DNA from: Mayamaea pseudoterrestris
Taxonomy: Eukaryota
DNA length: 64,000 nucleotides
Assembly: GCA_027923505.1 (NCBI GenBank)
Contig: BROI01000004.1
Coordinates: forward strand, 1,054,001 to 1,118,000
Direction: 5' to 3'
Below, piece after piece: positions 44,961-57,169 of this stretch (its first letter is position 1; each line of letters begins with the position of its first letter). A model generated the notes under the pieces. The model did not search any database, was not told where the DNA came from, and was given only the letters and a program-made list of their open reading frames with translations. A program made the position numbers and the translations under genes.

Positions 44961-46655
44961 ATGTCCTCCTCCATGATGAAGACTCACGACGTCAAGGACG
45001 ACGAGCTCGCGCTCTCCTCCTCCACCTCGGCAAAGGACACCATGACCCATTTGCCGCAGAACCAGCGGCCGGAACCTTCCGCCGCTGCTGCCATGGCGAC
45101 TAACTCCTCCAATAGCAACAGTAACAAACACATTGACGATCACGGCAACAGCAGCGACGACGAAGATTCCTCACGCAGCCGCCGCTACTACAAGCGCTTG
45201 TGCCAATTATTGGAAACGAACCACTTTTTGATTGCCTTTATACTGAGCATTTTGCTCGCCCGCGCCTACCCGCCGCTCGGCGCCGTGTACTTGCACCCCA
45301 AGATTACCGCCTCGTGGGTGGCGGTGGTCATCATCTTTTTTCTGAGCGGACTCAATCTCAAGAGTTCCGAGTTCAAGTACGCCTTTAAACAGGTTGGTTT
45401 CAATGGTTACATTCAGTTTTACAATTTCATTGTTGTTTCGGCTGTTGTTTACGGTATTTCGCGCGGATTGATTGCGGCGAGCATTCTGCCGCCCGAGCTG
45501 GCCGATGGCATGGTCATTTGCTCGTGCTTGTCCGTATCGATTAACGTTGCTATTGTCTTGACCAAGGCGGCCAATGGAGATGAAGCGGCGGCCATTTTTG
45601 ATGCCGCCTTTGGAAATTTGGTGGGAGTCTTTTTGAGTCCAGTCTTGATTGCCATGTACTTGCAGCAGTGGGGAGACGTTGATTTGGTGGATATTTTCTA
45701 CAAGCTTTCCATGAAGGTACTGGTGCCGATTGCGATTGGACAGTTGCTGCAAAAGACGTGTCAAGCGGTGGTGGACTTTATTGAGAAATACAAAAAGTAT
45801 TTTGGGAGATTGCAGGAATATTCGCTGCTCTTTATCATTTACACGACCTTTTGCAAGCAGTTTCTGGCGGGCTCGCAGAATAGTATTCTCGACATTTTCT
45901 TTTTGAGTAAGTGCAGCTCGAGTTGCAATTGAGGATGGCTGCATGATTGCGAATAAAACTAACTTTTTTGATTCTTTCATTACCTATACAGTCTTGTTCA
46001 CGTTCATCATTATGGTGATTGTCATGATTGGGGCTTGGTACTCGCTCAAGCTCTTGTTCCAGGACAAGCCAAAGCTTCGCGTCATGGGCTTGTACGGCTG
46101 CACGCACAAGACCATTTCAAGTAAGTCAATGCATTACGTGCATTTTGTTAGTTGCACTGAAAGATCCTATCTAACTATATACCTTTTTCTTGTCTTGTCT
46201 TTACAGTTGGAGTGCCTCTTATTACCGCTTTGTACGAAAACAGTCCCAACATTGGCCGGTATACACTCCCCTTGATCATTTGGTATCCGATGCAAGTCTT
46301 GGTCGGAACAGTGCTTGTTCCTCGACTCCAAGCCTTTATCCGCAACGAGACGGCTCGATTGGCTGGAACGGAAGCGGACGAGTCGCAGGATGATGATGAC
46401 GCCGAGTTTGACGAAGACTACGGCGATGACGATGTGGAGATTGGACACGTGCATGCACTGCCAATTGAATACGATGAGACGAATCAGCAGCAATCCAAGT
46501 CTGACTCGTGCGTGGCACTACCGTGGACGCACGCGGCGCTTGACAACAAGCAAGAGTCGGATGTTACGGATGGCGAAGCCGTCGATGTTTCACTCACGGA
46601 GGTGGACGCCGACTCTGTAACATCGTCTGGCCGCATTGCGGAGGAACGATTGTGA
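44961..46655 (+). CDS. SLC10A7: SLC10A7/SBF-like transporter, copy 4; 3 exons
   Basis: Same motifs with CLSVSIN and IFDAA variants. Introns at about 45907-45991 and 46121-46206. Confidence 0.85.
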
Positions 46656-46874
46656 ATTTAATGCGTTGGGGGGCCAATATACTGAACGAGCAGTTGTATC
46701 TTTGGAAATACACTTTGAAAGGTTTTTGTATGAGCATGCATAACGGTTGACAGGATTGACCGGCAAACGGCTGCTGCTTTGGAGCGCTTTTCGTTCCTTC
46801 TTATATATCAGTAAGGCAGCTCTACCAAAATTGTATAGTAATAACATTGTTTGTCATTTATATTTTAATTCAAT

Positions 46875-47996
46875 TTATGTTGAGAGTCTCATGAATGACT
46901 TGCCGTCTGGATACTGCAACCAATTGCTCGTCGCCCATTCGATACCAGCATTTGGGCCTTCGACAAGGTGGAGTTGAAACGTATGCCGCGCGCTGGCACT
47001 CGTATTCGGTAGGCTCAAGTGGTCCAGCTCGCCGCAAAACGCCACCAAGTCTCCAGGACGGCATTCCACTGGAATGAAACCAGCGTCGAGGAGTGCCGCA
47101 TGTGCATCTACGCCTTTTGGCAAATCTCCGTCCCAAGCAACCTCGTGTGCGTACAAATCCTCCATGACAAACATTGGTTGTCCTTTGACGTCTCCCTTGG
47201 GCTCGTTACTCCTTGCATCAATCTGCTCCTGACCAAAGTATGCATGATTGCGTTTATATCTACGTCGGACCGCTTCGCGATGAGACTGTGGTCGCACCCA
47301 TAAACATCCATTGTCCAGCGTCGCCTCATCGAGCGCCAGCCACAACCCCAAGCAAGATTGCTGCGGCGCGGTATACAAAAAGGTGGAATCCTGATGCGAA
47401 TTGACCGCGCCTCCAAGCTTGGCTTGCTTGAATATATACATGCTTTGCGGAACGACTGGATCCTTCCAGCCGAGGTCGGCGACGACAAGGTGGCGTATTT
47501 TGGACGACGTGCAGTACGAGTGAAAGGGTGATTGCGGCTGCAAGTGCAAGGCATGTCCTGCCTTGTTCAAAGCTTCTAGTTTCTTGTCTTGAAACTCGGG
47601 TTTCAGCTTTCCATCTATCATGCATTCCGGCTCGGCAAAGTAATGTACATTGTCGGCAGACTCCAAAAAGTAGTCGCCTCGTGACACATTCTCCGACTCG
47701 GTCGTTCCAAACGAATCGATTTGATCGTTTGGGTTCCAGTTTTGGTCAACAAATCGAGCCATTTCCTTCTTCATGTTTTCACATTCCGCTGTCGAACAAA
47801 AGGAGGGAATGTGCAGAAAGCCTTGATGATGAAAAAAGCGCGACCGCTGTGATGCCGTCTCGTCGAGCCTTTCGCCCGGACGCAGCCAGTAGGAAGGATT
47901 TGCTGATTGCGATTCGATTTCGAGACTTTCAAGGGTCTCTTTGGCTACTGTCCGTGGATTAGACATGACGGTGCTAGGCTCGTTGTTTGCTTCCAT
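46875..47996 (-). CDS. PHYHD1: Phytanoyl-CoA dioxygenase family Fe(II)/2OG oxygenase (PHYHD1-like)
   Basis: LNKAGHALH, QSMYIFKQ, HQDSTF (HxD), WLALDEAT.DNGCL, distal H...N.S..R. Confidence 0.88.
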   Translation of the reverse strand: MEANNEPSTVMSNPRTVAKETLESLEIESQSANPSYWLRPGERLDETASQRSRFFHHQGFLHIPSFCSTAECENMKKEMARFVDQNWNPNDQIDSFGTTESENVSRGDYFLESADNVHYFAEPECMIDGKLKPEFQDKKLEALNKAGHALHLQPQSPFHSYCTSSKIRHLVVADLGWKDPVVPQSMYIFKQAKLGGAVNSHQDSTFLYTAPQQSCLGLWLALDEATLDNGCLWVRPQSHREAVRRRYKRNHAYFGQEQIDARSNEPKGDVKGQPMFVMEDLYAHEVAWDGDLPKGVDAHAALLDAGFIPVECRPGDLVAFCGELDHLSLPNTSASARHTFQLHLVEGPNAGIEWATSNWLQYPDGKSFMRLST

Positions 47997-48260
47997 GGTG
48001 AAGGTTCATTGTGACGATGAAAGATGAAAGGCTGGGTTATCCATTGGCCGCCGCGCCCAGGATACCTTTTGAATACCGCTACGACTATTGGGTTGTCAGT
48101 TTCCTTCGCCAAAACTGCGACGACCGATTTTCAAACCGCTCGACCAACTACGATCGGAGACGCCTCTCACAATGTAATTGAGAGCGGCAACGACTCGTTC
48201 AGCCTCTATCACGACAGCAACAGCAGTCTCCTTATCTCTTTATTGACCCTGTTGAGTATC

Positions 48261-49855
48261 ATGACGGACTATCATCAGGTAAGTGACGAGCCAGTGTGCC
48301 GGGAGTTGTGTTCGAACGAACGATTGAATGAACATCGGCGCACCGAAGTCGACGAAACAGAGGGATGGAAAGAGTCGTGGGACTGCTCGTGAGGCACTCG
48401 GCTCTCTGCTTGTCAATCGTCCTCACCTTGTCTTCTCTTCTGTTTCTTCTTTCTCTACTCACTCGACAGACCTTGTCGAGTCGTGGTGGCCATTATCCGA
48501 CGGACCGCGAGATTGCCGACACTCTCACCGACTGCCGCAAGAACAACTGGCAGAGCGTTTTCAAACGTGTCATGGACAATCCTCGCCTCGCCACGACCAA
48601 GCTCCCCATGGAGAATCACATTATCACGACGGTCATTCATCAAGCCATTACGGCCAAGGGAGACACCGTGCAGCGCGCCAATCTTATTCTCCACATTTTG
48701 AACACGAGTCCTAATGCGGCTGGGATTGCGAATGGGTATGCTTCGTATCCTTTGCATAGTATTGCGCAGCGCAATACCAAGATGGATGCCAAGACGAAGG
48801 AGACTCTTATTTTTGTAAGTATAATTGATGTTGCTCTCGGAGCGATTGATCGTACATTCGCTTGATTTTCTCACTCACGTGCGTTCCCTTCCAATTCCAT
48901 TCGACAGGCCCTCTTGGATGCCTACCCTGGAGCCTTGCTCAAGCAGAATAATCAGGGGCAGCGCACGCCGTTGCACGTTCTCTTTACGGACTATATTTCG
49001 CCGCAGCTCACCCAAGCCATGATTGCCAAGGGACCCAACGCTTGCTTCATCAAGGACAAGAAGGGCTTTCTCCCGGCGCACATTGCTTGCAGCCGCCACT
49101 GCTCCCCGGAAAAGCTCCACATGCTCATGGAAATCAATCCGGACGCTCTCTACGCCAAGACCAAGGATGGAGACACGCTCTTGTCCTTGGCCACGTCAAC
49201 GGCCACCAAGTCGCACCCAAACAAGACGTTGATTGACGCGTTGGAGATTCTCTTGGGCATGAAGGACGGCGAGAAAACGCCGACGCGTCGCTTGATCAGC
49301 CTTTCGCCCATTGAGGCGCCGTTGATGGCATTGACGGACTCGCCCATGTGTCCCGGCATTGACCGCGGCAGCAGCTACGGCTTGCACAAGACGGTGCCGA
49401 GCAAGCGCGGCCGCCGCTTTTCGTTCGAGGAGGCGTTTATGGAAACTATCCCGGCGACGATTAGCCTTGATCTTACGGTGGACGATGTTGGCATTGGCGG
49501 CGGCAATGGCGGAAGCAGCAACAAACACTGCCGGAATGGATTGTTCAAGTCGGACGAGTCAGAGGCGCATGACGACTTATTTGCGTCGCCATCCATGCAC
49601 CGCCCAACGAAGAAGCGCAAGATGTCGCTCCATGACAATGACGAGCACGACCACGACCAGCACGGCCACTCTGGCCCAAACCAGACTACCATGCTCCATC
49701 ACCACCACCACCATCACCATGCTACTTTGGCCGACGCTGCCGACGACTCGAGCGACACTGCCAACCTCTTGCTACACTTGGCGGCTCGCGTTTCGCCGCC
49801 CTGCACCAGCGACAAGGCTGCCGCGCACGCCTTGACGCAGTTTGCTCAAGTCTAG
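48261..49855 (+). CDS. Ankyrin-like repeat protein with disordered His-rich C-terminus; exons 48261-48278, 48470-48814, 48908-49855
   Basis: YPLHSIA, GQRTPLHVL, GFLPAHIAC, DGDTLLSLA repeats. GTAAGT donors and CAG acceptors keep phase 0. NLS-like PTKKRK and an 8-His run. Confidence 0.75.
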
Positions 49856-50351
49856 TCGAAGAGTGTCGGTCATCGGTGGTTTGAATAAGTTGGAGCAGTG
49901 GTTGTTGCGGAAAAATGCATGTCTTGTGTGTGTGGTGTCGTGTTTGCGTATATGAAAAAAATAAATGAGCGATGAATGCTGGGTCGAGATGGATTGGATA
50001 TATCAGCGCGCATTTTACGTATATTCGAGTCGAGATTGAAAGATGGCTGCGGACGGTAGTAATAAGATATTTGAATTAAGTTTGAAGTTAAGAAAGCATC
50101 TTTCGTGCTACCTACACTACGCAACCAATATAGTAGACGAGTGATAGCTAAAATTACGTCCGTCCTTCCGTCACCTGCATGACGTTTTCGACCATGAGGA
50201 TTCAAAACCTCCTCTAGCGCCATCAACACACTATAGCAAGCCATACTAGCGCAACTGCCAAGTCCTCTTGTAGCTATTGCAGTATCTGTTCTTGTTTCAG
50301 AAATTGCCGCATATTACAATGACTTTCACAGCTACTCTTTCTCGTCATAAA

Positions 50352-52358
50352 ATGGCTTCCACCTTTGGAGGAATGCGTCGCCTACTCAAGTACAAGGGAC
50401 CCGTTCCCACCTACATTCGCCAAGCCGTCGAAACTGGAATATACCGCACCAACGAGGAGCTAGCTGCCGTGTGGAAGGAGCGAAAGCATTCATCCGATGA
50501 CCTTGCTAGCATTATGAAGCGGTTTCGTCAAGACATTGTGCGAGGATCCAACGTGCAAGACTATCCCATAGAGTACTTGATACTGAGGCAGCATCCGCCA
50601 ATTCCAAATCCTCCGCGCGTTCCGAAACGCATTGTCGATAAAATGCGCGAGGCGCCCAATGCAACCGAGAAACTAGTGGAAAAGTATTTGACCAAGCACG
50701 AAAAAGCGCAACGACGAGAGCGCGCGGCGGCGCAAACACAAGCCAATCATCATCACGACCACAATGACGGCGCTCCAAAGTCGACGCAGGAGTACTACCG
50801 CCGCCTACTGGGCGTTGCGGCGCCGCCACCAACTTCCAGCATGGGCCAAAAGCCCGCGGCGGTGCAAAAGGCCTACGCCGCGGCCATCAAGCAGTACCAG
50901 CTGCAGCGCACGCAGGGGTTGAGCGAGGCGGACGCCATGCGTCAGGTGGACGAGTTGCTGCAATCGCAGAACCAACGTGAGCGAGCGGAGTCAAAGCGCA
51001 TGGCGCAGGCATTAAGAGAGTTTCGAGCGAACAGACCGCATGATAGTGTTGCAAATATTGATGTAACTAGAGTTGTAAGCAAGTCGGCAAATGACAATGA
51101 CAATGACGAAGGTGACACTGCCACTGCATCCAGCAACACTACTTTGGAACAATCACTCCAAAGCATTTTCAAGGCCAATCCCCGCACGCTGGAAGGCATG
51201 ATGAAGTGGAGCGAGCGGCTCCAGGCGGTGCCATACTTGGAGTGGACGGTTGGAGCCTCCACCGCATTGGATCACTGGATTGCACGTCGCCTGTTGAACA
51301 TTTCGGAGGAAACGTGGAGTGCGCTCTTGGAGGGAGAGGATCCCGATTTATTGTCGCGAGGAAGAGACATTGTTGCAGTCCGAGAGTCGCTCTTTCCAGA
51401 AACGGCGCTGAGCGTTGAATCGGAAAGCACTGAGGATGTGCTTGATGACGAGGACGACGAAGAGCCATTGTCCGACGACAAGAGTATTGAGGAACTATTG
51501 GCGGCGCTTGGAGGCCTAAAGACGAACCGCTCTGGCCGCGACGCTCCAGCACGACAACCCGGTTGGTTGTCGGAACGCGACGCAAGTGAAGACGTTGACG
51601 CCAAGGTGGAGAGTCTCGTGAAGCAGTTGCAGGATTGGCGTCGCCAAAATGTTCATACGCCGTATGCGGAATGGTCCGAGACTGAAAAGGAACGCTTCAA
51701 CGATTGGATGAAGGAGTATATTGACACAATATCGTCCGACGCGGAAAAGAGAAACGTTGACTGGAAGAGTACGCGCGAAGCCCTCTTGTCGCAACCACCC
51801 ATGACCGCGGAAGAATCGGAACGTTTCTGGGATAGCCTTGGCGACGAAGAGAGTGCGGCGGACCTTTTGGCAAGCATGCTTGCCGACGGCCCGCCAGTCG
51901 GAGCTAACATTTTGCACAGTGCTTTTTGGCAGTTGCCGTACGAGGACCAACTTGAACGGCTACTAAACTTGGGTGCGATCCGGCCGTTAATGGATGAGTA
52001 CACGCGAGAATCGGATAGGAACAAATTTCTGCAGCGTTACGGTGATACCTTGCTGAAGGGTGTCGTCATGGAGCATCTTGTGCCTGATCCAGACGGCCCA
52101 GTTCAAATTTCTGATCTCGCGGAAGGTTTTGGGCTGTCAAGAGACAGTCGATTCCGTTTAGAAATGAAGGCATATCAGTCAACTGAAGATCTACCTTCAG
52201 ATGAAAGGACAAGGGCCATGTTTCTTGCTTGGAATACTCACAAATCAGGGCGTGCTCGCTATGAGGAGAAGCTCTTTAAAACTGGACGACTTGGCCTGAC
52301 GTACAATGAACGCATTTATAAGGACGACGAAGTGCGTCCTGACGACGACGAGGAATAG
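50352..52358 (+). CDS. Uncharacterised protein; N-terminal part weakly reminiscent of mitoribosomal mS23
   Basis: Long intronless ORF (~670 aa). HPP...EKLVEKY...KQYQLQ..GLSEADA loosely follows the mS23 pattern; the functional call is weak. Confidence 0.6.
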   Translation: MASTFGGMRRLLKYKGPVPTYIRQAVETGIYRTNEELAAVWKERKHSSDDLASIMKRFRQDIVRGSNVQDYPIEYLILRQHPPIPNPPRVPKRIVDKMREAPNATEKLVEKYLTKHEKAQRRERAAAQTQANHHHDHNDGAPKSTQEYYRRLLGVAAPPPTSSMGQKPAAVQKAYAAAIKQYQLQRTQGLSEADAMRQVDELLQSQNQRERAESKRMAQALREFRANRPHDSVANIDVTRVVSKSANDNDNDEGDTATASSNTTLEQSLQSIFKANPRTLEGMMKWSERLQAVPYLEWTVGASTALDHWIARRLLNISEETWSALLEGEDPDLLSRGRDIVAVRESLFPETALSVESESTEDVLDDEDDEEPLSDDKSIEELLAALGGLKTNRSGRDAPARQPGWLSERDASEDVDAKVESLVKQLQDWRRQNVHTPYAEWSETEKERFNDWMKEYIDTISSDAEKRNVDWKSTREALLSQPPMTAEESERFWDSLGDEESAADLLASMLADGPPVGANILHSAFWQLPYEDQLERLLNLGAIRPLMDEYTRESDRNKFLQRYGDTLLKGVVMEHLVPDPDGPVQISDLAEGFGLSRDSRFRLEMKAYQSTEDLPSDERTRAMFLAWNTHKSGRARYEEKLFKTGRLGLTYNERIYKDDEVRPDDDEE

Positions 52359-52458
52359 AGAAAGCCCTAACTTATTAATAGTTACGCCTCGTATCATGTC
52401 TACAAGTGTTTTAACGAAATATCATGAAGTGTTTTCTGCCCATCAATGCAGTGCGTTA

Positions 52459-54761
52459 TCACAGCATCAAAATTCCTGTGACAGCGACGGCGAGAAAGCT
52501 GAGCAGTCCCAACGCAGTTCCTGCAGTCGATCCACTGCCTTCTGCTTGTAACTCATCAATGTCGTACAGCGCCTTAGGTTTCGAATAGGCAACTGGCCCG
52601 AACTCTCCACCAGCCACGAAAGCACTAGGTTTCATTGCCGATGGGCGACGATTGGAATGGTTCGGCAAGCTTGGTGGCTGAAACGTTGGAGGAATGGGAG
52701 GACTTGGTCCACGCGTTGTCATTCCTTCGAAAAGAATGATGGTATCAACTTCGTGCACAATTCCATTACGGGCCAAAATGTCGCACTTTGTGACACATGA
52801 TCGGGTCTTTTCGTCGTCTGCTGTCACGGTATCAAGGCAAGGCATGTTTTCTTCATTCACACTAACGAGCCAGTATCGACCGTTGTGAGACTCAATCTGT
52901 TGTCCCTCCTTGCTGATTAGCACGTCACACCAGAGCAGCTCCTTGAATATATGATTTTCTAGTACGCCAGTTGAAATATCCGTCAAATCAATCTGTTTGT
53001 TCATCCACTGGTCGTCTGCGGCATAGAATGCAGTCAATGGGGACAGTCGATTCATGTCGGAGGACAAGAACACGGAGTCAATCAAGTTCAGCTGAGCCGA
53101 ATAGTTTCCAAGACGACGAGCAATTTCATACACAGTATTGGTCATTGAGAATGGCAACGGAACCTTGTCTGTAAAGTGCATTACACTAAAATGACGCGGC
53201 AAGGTTAGAGCCAAGCAAACCGGGTTGTTCACCCACAGCTCACAGCACTTACCCATCAACACCTTGCACATCTTGATAAAAAAGAGAGCCCCCGGCAATT
53301 GATAAGAGATCCTTCTCCTCGTCAAACGAGACTGTCAAATTCTGTCCCGCTAGCGAGGTAAGGTTGTACGGACCTTCCGACGACAACTTATCCTGGAGCG
53401 TATTGTACGACCAGTTGCCTTGCACCATCATGTGTCGCAGCAGATCCAACTGATGCGGCTTCCACATATCGGTACTGAGACGTGTCACATCCTCACTATT
53501 CACTTCGAACCATCCATCGTTGATTGCGGCAAACAACGTAATGGGTCCGCCATCACCAACGTTCAAGGAAAGGTTGCGCCGGTTCCATTCGGAGGAAATG
53601 AACATTTGCGCGACATCCTTTAGATTGTGCTGCGTGAATTCCTCAACGTACTCGGCCAACATGGATACTCCCGGACAGACCAAACACTTATCAACAACGT
53701 AGCCGACACTGTAGTTGAAGCAGAATGAGGTTGATGAAAAACTTGAAGACATATACGCCCATGTAGCTCGTATAGCTCTCTTCTTTGTCGCCGCCCACAC
53801 CAAATCGCACACACAGTTGCACCTACCCATTCGCCGCCAGAAACGTTCTCAAATCCGGTGTATTGATCGTGCACGCATTATTGAAGCAAAGCTTGTCGAC
53901 ATGCTTGGTGACAAACATGTGTCCGCAGTTTGGCACCGGCATGATGCGTTCCTCAAAGCCAGCCTCCATGTCGTTGTAGTAGTAATTCTTTGGAACAAGC
54001 GTGTATTGAATAAAGTTATGAATCGTCTCATTCACCATGGACGCGTTCAAAAACTCTGCCTCAATGACACCCGAGTGGTTGACGCTGTTGATGGTCCACT
54101 TTTGGTAGTCGTTGATGCGGTTAAAGGCGCGGATCCGACAACCAACGTGCGTCAAGCCGCGATCGACAATCATGTCGTACTGGCTGCGGCCGTCGACAAA
54201 GTCGACCACGTTTACGAGCGAGGTGCGTCCCAGTACGTCGGGGCCAAGCTCCTCCTCCTCCTCCAGGTTGGAGAAGGTGTCGTAGACAAAGGGCGGCGCC
54301 ACGAGGCTGTTGACAATGTGCACGTAACCGTTGGTGGCCGTTTTATTGGCCTCGACAATGTCGGCTTGTTCCACCTTTCGGAAGAAGGTGTTAATGGTGA
54401 GTTCACTGTAGAGTGACTGCAGTTGCTCCTTGTCAAAGACTTGGTCGGCTGTCAGGCTTGCATTGGCAATAATGTGGTTGCGCATGACGCCTTCCAGATT
54501 ATCGTGCCAGGTTGGTGGATTGAACTGCTGGCCGCGCGTGTAGAGTTGAAAGGTGGCGTCCTGGAGCAAAACGTCGTTGGTGGGCGCAAAGACGGTCACG
54601 TTCATCTTGGGGTCGTCGAGGAGAATGTCAAAGAGACCGAGCGAAACGAGGGCGTCGCGGAACATGCTCAAGTCGTCGCGGTTGTTGATAATGTAGCGGA
54701 CGGTTTGAGCGTTTGCACAAGAATGCAGCAGCAAGCAGGTTACTGCTAGTAGTATTCTCAT
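52459..54761 (-). CDS. Cell-surface fasciclin (FAS1) repeat protein with signal peptide and C-terminal GPI/TM signal; 3 exons
   Basis: VTVFAPTN...ATNGYVHIVN, ANG|VGYVVDK, ITLFAAIN...DG|VMHFTDKV, ARNGIVHEVDTI. Introns 53709-53826 and 53186-53252. Pro-rich linker and hydrophobic C-terminus. Confidence 0.88.
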
Positions 54762-55150
54762 GATTGTGATGATGTTTGATGCGCTTGCTCGCTTTGATTT
54801 GATGACTGATTGATGAGCAGAATGCTGCTTTGTTGATTGATTGAATGAACGATAACTGATAAAATGACTCGAGATTCGACAGCTATAACTCCTGTCTGCT
54901 GACGCTCTATGACGTTGATGGCACGGCGTTCAAATGCAATGTTTCGATTTGTTGACTATGACGGGCAAGTAAAGCAAGACCAAGTCGTCGGATGAACCAC
55001 CTCGTTTCTTGAGCGGCAGCTCGTATTTGTGACCCAAAAGGAAGGGTTCGGTCATTTTGAAGGAAGCGCGGTCGGAGACTTTGTCCGTCCGGTATACAGT
55101 GCGACACACAATCCGTGCACACAAAATCTCGCCAACCAAACGACCTCACC

Positions 55151-55453
55151 ATGGCATCGAGTCCGACGACTGATACCAACGACCCTCAGCAACCGCCGTT
55201 TACGGCAGCACTCACTCGCAAGCTCATCTTGTCGTCCATCGAAAAGCAGACTAAAATATCCAATGAAGCAGCCGATCTATGCGGCGAGCTCCTACGCCTC
55301 TTTGTGAGCGAGGCCAAGCATTTGGCAAGCATTCAGGCGGAATGCGAGCAGGAATCGCATGACGTAAATGATTCTGATAAAAAGACTCGGATTCAGCCTC
55401 ATCATATTACCAAGATTGGAGCTGATTTACTAATGGACTTTATGATGGGATGA
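55151..55453 (+). CDS. CENPX: Centromere protein X / MHF2 (histone-fold)
   Basis: TKISNEAADLCGELLRLFVSEA...I.PHHITKIGADLLMDF matches the CENP-X pattern. Confidence 0.85.
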   Translation: MASSPTTDTNDPQQPPFTAALTRKLILSSIEKQTKISNEAADLCGELLRLFVSEAKHLASIQAECEQESHDVNDSDKKTRIQPHHITKIGADLLMDFMMG

Positions 55454-55636
55454 TGAATGGTGAAAAAGTGCTCTCTAAATGCGACGGTCTTTCGCATCAT
55501 TGCGATACTTGTATGGTCGGCTGTTTTGAGGAACGGCAACAGCAAATCAATGATTGACAATTGGCAATGGTTTCGTTGTACAAAACGTAAAATTATTAAC
55601 TTAACAATCTGTCTTTACTTTAAAACCTGTTTCCAA

Positions 55637-56934
55637 TTACATGGATAGAGTCATGCGTCGTCCCTCATTCCTCGAAAAGAGAAACTGATCCAGCATACCC
55701 ATGAACGTAACGACTCCTCCAATGACGGCGCAAACGCTAGTGAAAAAGGCAATCCATCCCTTGCGATAGCCTTCCAAAATCTCAACGTGCAGTGGACTCA
55801 CTTCGTAGTAAAAGAATATACCAGGTAAGCCGCGAGATGATCCGGGTGCTACATGTCTCACATGTTCCGTGACGCTGTATTGAAAGGTTTGGATTGATGT
55901 TCCATTCTTGTGCTTGTACAAGGTAGGAACGAGCTAGCGTAAAGGTAGTTGTGAGCAATGAAGGCATTGCAACAAACATCAAAGACAACGCAATTGCTTA
56001 CCTGAACGTAATATTGGTACATTGCAGACGTATCCGTGACAAGACGCTCCTGATTGTCCAGTTGGTAGCTTGCGGATGGACATTCTGGTCCGAAACGAAG
56101 CTTGTGGATTGTATGCGAAACGTTCCACTGCTGAAAGGATGCAAACAGCATTTCAATAAAGCTGCTGCTTTCACTCTTGTCGCCTGCACCAAAATCCTTT
56201 CCTGGTGCAAGATGAATATTTCCGCCGCCGGAAGACAGCGCCACCTTGCCATGTATGTTGCAGCCTTCGCCGTCCTCTGACGTTTCAGTGTCGCCCTTGC
56301 CTTCATTCTTACATTGCTTAATTTCGGAAACGTCGCGTAGAACCCAACCTCGTCGCTTGTATGCTCGACGAACATCTTCGCAAGTACTACAGCATTCTCC
56401 TTCCTCGCCGGCTCCGTAGCAGCTGCCGCATGCATCCTCTTCCTCGTTTGCAACGTCAGTGCTCGAGTTATTAAATCCATCACTAGATGCTCGTAGCTCC
56501 ATGACTTCCTCCAGCTGCTCCTCGTTCAGCATGGTGCTTCCCATTTCAAGTTTCTCCTTTGATCCAATGAGTATCCGTCTCTTATTATCCTCCGACATGC
56601 GAAATCGATGCTTCCAAATGTGGTGCTGTAGGTCCAAATGCAACGACTGCGACTGCCCCGTTGGATCCACCGAATCAATGGAAACATACTTGCAGGAAAC
56701 GTCTGGTAGCGAAACATCAAACTCCATTTCGATACCGCGCGGACTCGTGGCGTTCACGTGAACTTTTTCGTGTCGCACCAGTTGAAAATTGAACAAAGCT
56801 TCCGTCGAAACCAAATAGATCATGAGCAGGATTGTGACAATGGAAAGGATGGCTCCCTGCGACGTGTAAACGCGAAATTCGGAAGATACGGAGCCTTGCG
56901 CATCCATTCGAGATAGTCGTTCCTTCAATCCCAT
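55637..56934 (-). CDS. ERGIC3: ER-Golgi intermediate compartment protein 3 / Erv46; 2 exons (intron 55934-56001)
   Basis: CGSCYGA...CC.TCEDVRRAY..GW, EGCNIHG, NVSHTIH.L.FG, YQYYVQ|LVPT.Y, LPGIFFYYEVSP, CAVIGGV.T. Confidence 0.92.
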
Positions 56935-57169
56935 GATAGATAAGTGTTTGTAGCAGCAAAGGTAGTTGATTGGAAGGTGGTGGAATGTGGTGTGTGGGCG
57001 GAAACGGATGCGGTGTGGTGCCGCGTCGCGCATCGCGTCGGATCGGTTGTCAAGATGGCGCGCCGATTGTGACGCACGGACGAGCGATCAGCAAGGCGCC
57101 GCATCCATCACACATCAAACCGATGCATTTAATCTTGCTTCTGGCCTGCCTGCCATCAATCTTTCTACC

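Noticed and set aside
49696..49720. Poly-His run as a cloning tag or vector contamination
   Set aside because: It is embedded in a natural low-complexity region of an intron-containing gene with no vector sequence nearby.
53715..54416. Long antisense ORFs (this 233-aa one; also 45207-45980, 59548-60279, 16762-17430)
   Set aside because: They are shadow frames opposite well-supported, GC3-biased genes.
11831..55453. Functional cluster of cell-cycle/chromatin genes (NEDD8, kinesin, CAF-1, CENP-X)
   Set aside because: They are interspersed with unrelated metabolic genes, which is compatible with chance in a compact genome.
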